Assembly: GCA_963707025.1 (NCBI GenBank)
Contig: CAVPOM010000018.1
Location: 672,001 to 736,000, forward strand
Source: an uncultured Verrucomicrobiae bacterium
GTDB lineage: Bacteria > Verrucomicrobiota > Verrucomicrobiia > Limisphaerales > Palsa-1400
Length of the DNA stretch: 64,000 nucleotides
Direction: 5' to 3'
Shown: positions 61,082 to 64,000 of the stretch, in pieces
Layout of the letters: each line of letters opens with the position of its first letter
Position numbering within the stretch: position 1 is the stretch's first letter
The notes under the pieces: model-generated
What the model saw: only the letters and a program-made list of their open reading frames with translations
Told to the model about the DNA's origin: nothing
Database searches by the model: none
Position numbers and translations under genes: made by a program

Positions 61082-61677
61082 AGCCCCACCCCCGTTCCAT
61101 CATCTTTCTTCTCCGTAGCTGCCTTTTCTAGGTCTTCTACCTCAGTGTCTTGTTCGGCTTTAGCTTCGGCACATGATTTTTCCCAGTCGGGAAAACGCAA
61201 GCAGTAGAGGTATGCCGCGCAGAGAATGGCTAAAGCTGTAAACATCATTTGAATAACGTATTTAGGGTGTTCACCTGCATGTGGGGATAACCCTGCATAT
61301 AAGATTCCACCCTGAAGAATAAGAAGGAGGAGCGCGCCCGCTCCCGCCAATCCGCGAATACCTGCTGCTGTGATGTTTGAACCACCAAAAACTGACAATG
61401 TTGTTGCGATACCATCTGCCAAGATGACCATGCTGAATGAAGCAAGGGTGCCTGTTTGGATTACTTGAGTGTAAACGGCATTAACATCTGCGCCACGATA
61501 CCAAGCAAGAAACACTGGAAGCCAGAATCCGGATAATCCCAGGACATTTGCTATAAAGCACCAAACAACAAACTGCAGGGGTTGCTTTTTTATCGTGGCG
61601 AACGGTTTTTTGAAATCGTCCACAGTGTTTTGTTTCCACTGCGCCCACGTAGTTAGCTTATTGTCCGCCGTTTTCAT
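61078..61677 (-). CDS. Four-TM membrane protein of unknown function
   Basis: Four hydrophobic segments and a charged C-terminal tail; ATGA overlap with the DGQHR gene. Confidence 0.8.
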   Translation of the reverse strand: MKTADNKLTTWAQWKQNTVDDFKKPFATIKKQPLQFVVWCFIANVLGLSGFWLPVFLAWYRGADVNAVYTQVIQTGTLASFSMVILADGIATTLSVFGGSNITAAGIRGLAGAGALLLLILQGGILYAGLSPHAGEHPKYVIQMMFTALAILCAAYLYCLRFPDWEKSCAEAKAEQDTEVEDLEKAATEKKDDGTGVGL

Positions 61678-61707
61678 TTAATAGTCTATTTGTAATGTTA
61701 ATGAGGA

Positions 61708-62955
61708 TTAACTATCTGCTTCTTTCCAAGCCAGCAGCAATATCCGCCGGTCAGGATATTCCCACGTCCTTGTGCCTTTGTTGTCCAGATAATCAACCAC
61801 CTTGGCACGGACTGAAATCGGAATCCGCTCCGCCTGCGACAACAGTGGGGCGAGGGTTTTGAAATCTTCCAAGGACAAATCCTGCACCACGGCGTTGGCG
61901 CTGCACAAGAGTTCAATCGTATTTAGCACCAGCCGTTCGCCTGAATGTTTCTTTGAACCTACGGCATGTTTCAGGAAGAACTCCCTGACGTCCGGTTGTA
62001 ACCGCCAGAACTGGGAGAACACGCGCTTGGCTATTAATAACTCGGGTTTAACAGCAGCCAGCTCAGCATCAGGCGTGCGTTTGAGCCACGCGCACCAGAG
62101 CCGGGCGACTTCTGAATCGGAGTTTGCGCGAGCAGCCGCTTCACCCAGCGGGGTAAGGACTGGACCTTCGGAGAAACCAAGATTCTTCAATTCGCTGCGC
62201 TGTTTGTTTGCCGTGTCGCCGGGTGACCGGCTGACCCGCGACCAATCCCGCAACAACTCCCGCGCCCGCTGGATATTCCGCACTGTGTTTCCGGCGTAAT
62301 CCATGCACAACAATCCGATGTCCGGCTGTAGCGTGGCGAACACATCTTCCAAGGTGTCCAGATCTTCGGGGCTGATGGGCGCGGCGGGCGCGCGGGCGGG
62401 AATGACCAATTCGCGGCGGGTGAGCAGATAGGCGCGGGCGCGGGCGACCGCTGCCGCCCGCCAGCGCGCTTCCATGATCAGCAGGCTTTCCTGCGTAAAG
62501 GCCACGCTGCGCTTTTTGAAAAGATCATCAAACCAATGCGTCAATGTGCCGAGCGCCGTGGTGTCCTCGCTCAACACTCCGGCCTCGACGCTGGTGGTGA
62601 AGGCCGAACTGCTCAAGTTCGCGCTGCCCAGCAGGAAGCGCTTGGGTTTGCCGGTCAGGTCGTGGGCGAGATAAAGTTTCGGGTGGTAGGTGACGTTGCC
62701 GGAAAAAATCCGCATCTGCACCCCGCTGCTGATTGCCCGTTGTACTGCCGCCGGCTGCGTGATACCCATTTGGTCCGTGCAGATTATCCGCATCTTGGGT
62801 AGGTTGAGTTTGCTGGTTTGCTGGTGGAATAATTCCCAGCCGCTTACTTGTAAATAGCTCACGGCCACCGAAAGCGTTTCCGCGCCTTCAACCAGTTCGC
62901 CCAACGCTTGCTTAAAGCTCGTTGTGCCTTCGTGCTTGTTTAGGAGGATTTTCAC
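61708..62955 (-). CDS. Phospholipase-D-family (HKD) nuclease-like protein with unknown C-terminal domain
   Basis: AVSYLQVSG, YHPKLY, LGSANLS, VEAG; native 5' end displaced by IS4 copy C, whose terminus gives an in-frame GTG. Confidence 0.82.
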   Translation of the reverse strand: MKILLNKHEGTTSFKQALGELVEGAETLSVAVSYLQVSGWELFHQQTSKLNLPKMRIICTDQMGITQPAAVQRAISSGVQMRIFSGNVTYHPKLYLAHDLTGKPKRFLLGSANLSSSAFTTSVEAGVLSEDTTALGTLTHWFDDLFKKRSVAFTQESLLIMEARWRAAAVARARAYLLTRRELVIPARAPAAPISPEDLDTLEDVFATLQPDIGLLCMDYAGNTVRNIQRARELLRDWSRVSRSPGDTANKQRSELKNLGFSEGPVLTPLGEAAARANSDSEVARLWCAWLKRTPDAELAAVKPELLIAKRVFSQFWRLQPDVREFFLKHAVGSKKHSGERLVLNTIELLCSANAVVQDLSLEDFKTLAPLLSQAERIPISVRAKVVDYLDNKGTRTWEYPDRRILLLAWKEADS

Positions 62956-64000
62956 ACCCGTCTCATAAGGGGAAAAGTCTGGTGCTGACCTGTTCATTTG
63001 CAAGGGTTTAATTGGTCTTCGGGGTAAAATGAGATTTTGATTTTTCCGAGTTTGGCTTTTGGGTTTGGTATGCGCCTGTTTGGGCGCGTGTGCTGTCCCA
63101 TAGCTTTATTGGAAGCCGGGGAAATACGCCTGCTCGGGCCGCGCCAAGTGGCGAAAGCTGCCGCCTGCTGTCCCATAGCACGCCAGCAAATTGAGCAGAT
63201 CATATTTCTCCCAGAGCGCCGCCCGCAAAATCGTGAACAGCCGGGTGAAGCTGTGCGCCCAGTTGGAGAGGTGACTGAGGTAGCGCAACAGCACGTAGGT
63301 CAACAGCGCCGTCCACACCTGCCAGCGCACGGCGTTGGCGTTGTGGCCCAGAAAATCCGCCAACTGCAAGGTCTGCTTGATTTGTTTGAAGAAGACTTCG
63401 ATCTGCCAGCGGCAGCGGTAAAGGTCGGCCACGCTGCGCGGACTCCACTCCAGGTTGTTGGTCAGGAAGGTCATTTCCCGTTCCTCTCCATCAATCTCGA
63501 CCAGCGCCACCACCCGGCGCATCAACTCCGGCGCGGGTTTGTTCTCGTTGCTCAGGACGATCACTTCGTCGCGCAAAATCTTCGGGTCTCTGGAGGCGGG
63601 CATTTTCCGCACCACCTCATAGCCCATGTTCTCCTTGGCCCGCGTCACCCAAAAGACCCCGCGCCCGTCCAAATCCCGCAAGTGGCCGAAGTCCACATAA
63701 CCCTTGTCGAACAAGGCGATTTCGCCGCTCTTCAAGTCGGCGCACAGTTCCCGCGCCCGTCGGTTGTCGTGCTCGGCGGCAGTGTCCACAATGACAAAAC
63801 CGGGCAAAAGATTCTGCAGATTCAACCGCATATGGGTTTTGGCGGCGGCCTTGCGCCGGCGGTGCTTGGCCCAGTCCAGGCAGTTGGCCACCAGTTCCAT
63901 GGTCGTGCTATCAATCACATGGATGGGCATCTTGAAACGGAAGGCGGGGCCACGGCGCTGGCCCGCGGCAAAGCCGGGCGTCTGTGCTTTCAAATGCTCC
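62953..64000 (-). mobile_element. IS4-family element copy C (partial, runs off the window)
   Basis: Matches copy B starting CACACCCGTCTC; transposase C-terminal part ends at 63106. Confidence 0.95.

Overview
GC-rich bacterial chromosomal window, most likely Verrucomicrobiota/PVC (inferred from DUF1549/DUF1553/DUF1501, prepilin H-X9-DG genes and abundant REP-like palindromes). The backbone carries rhaT, a sugar isomerase, FabF plus two histidine kinases, PspC/PadR, PTS EI, a GH9, galM, cinA, a pilin, aspS, an aminotransferase, lnt, two Gfo/Idh/MocA oxidoreductases and a B12 radical SAM. Three accessory zones interrupt it: (1) an ABC/AAA-ATPase plus small nuclease-like pair at 16.4-18.0 kb; (2) a co-oriented TA/HNH cluster at 21.2-26.7 kb punctuated by vapC-derived direct repeats; (3) a defence island from 43.6 kb to the window end. 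In zone 3 all four nuclease-like genes (DUF4268, HNH, PD-(D/E)XK REase, PLD) are hit by recent IS3/IS4 copies with clean target duplications, while the methyltransferase and a 4-TM + DGQHR gene pair are intact. A 6-kb host-like segment splits this island and is bounded by inverted, identically phased TGTAAC-box arrays with an IHF-type site. Best novelty candidates: the 4-TM/DGQHR(/PLD) operon, the TGTAAC-box inverted sites, and the ATPase-nuclease pair. Several genes carry frameshifts that look like assembly indels. Family names come from motif recognition; no database search was run.
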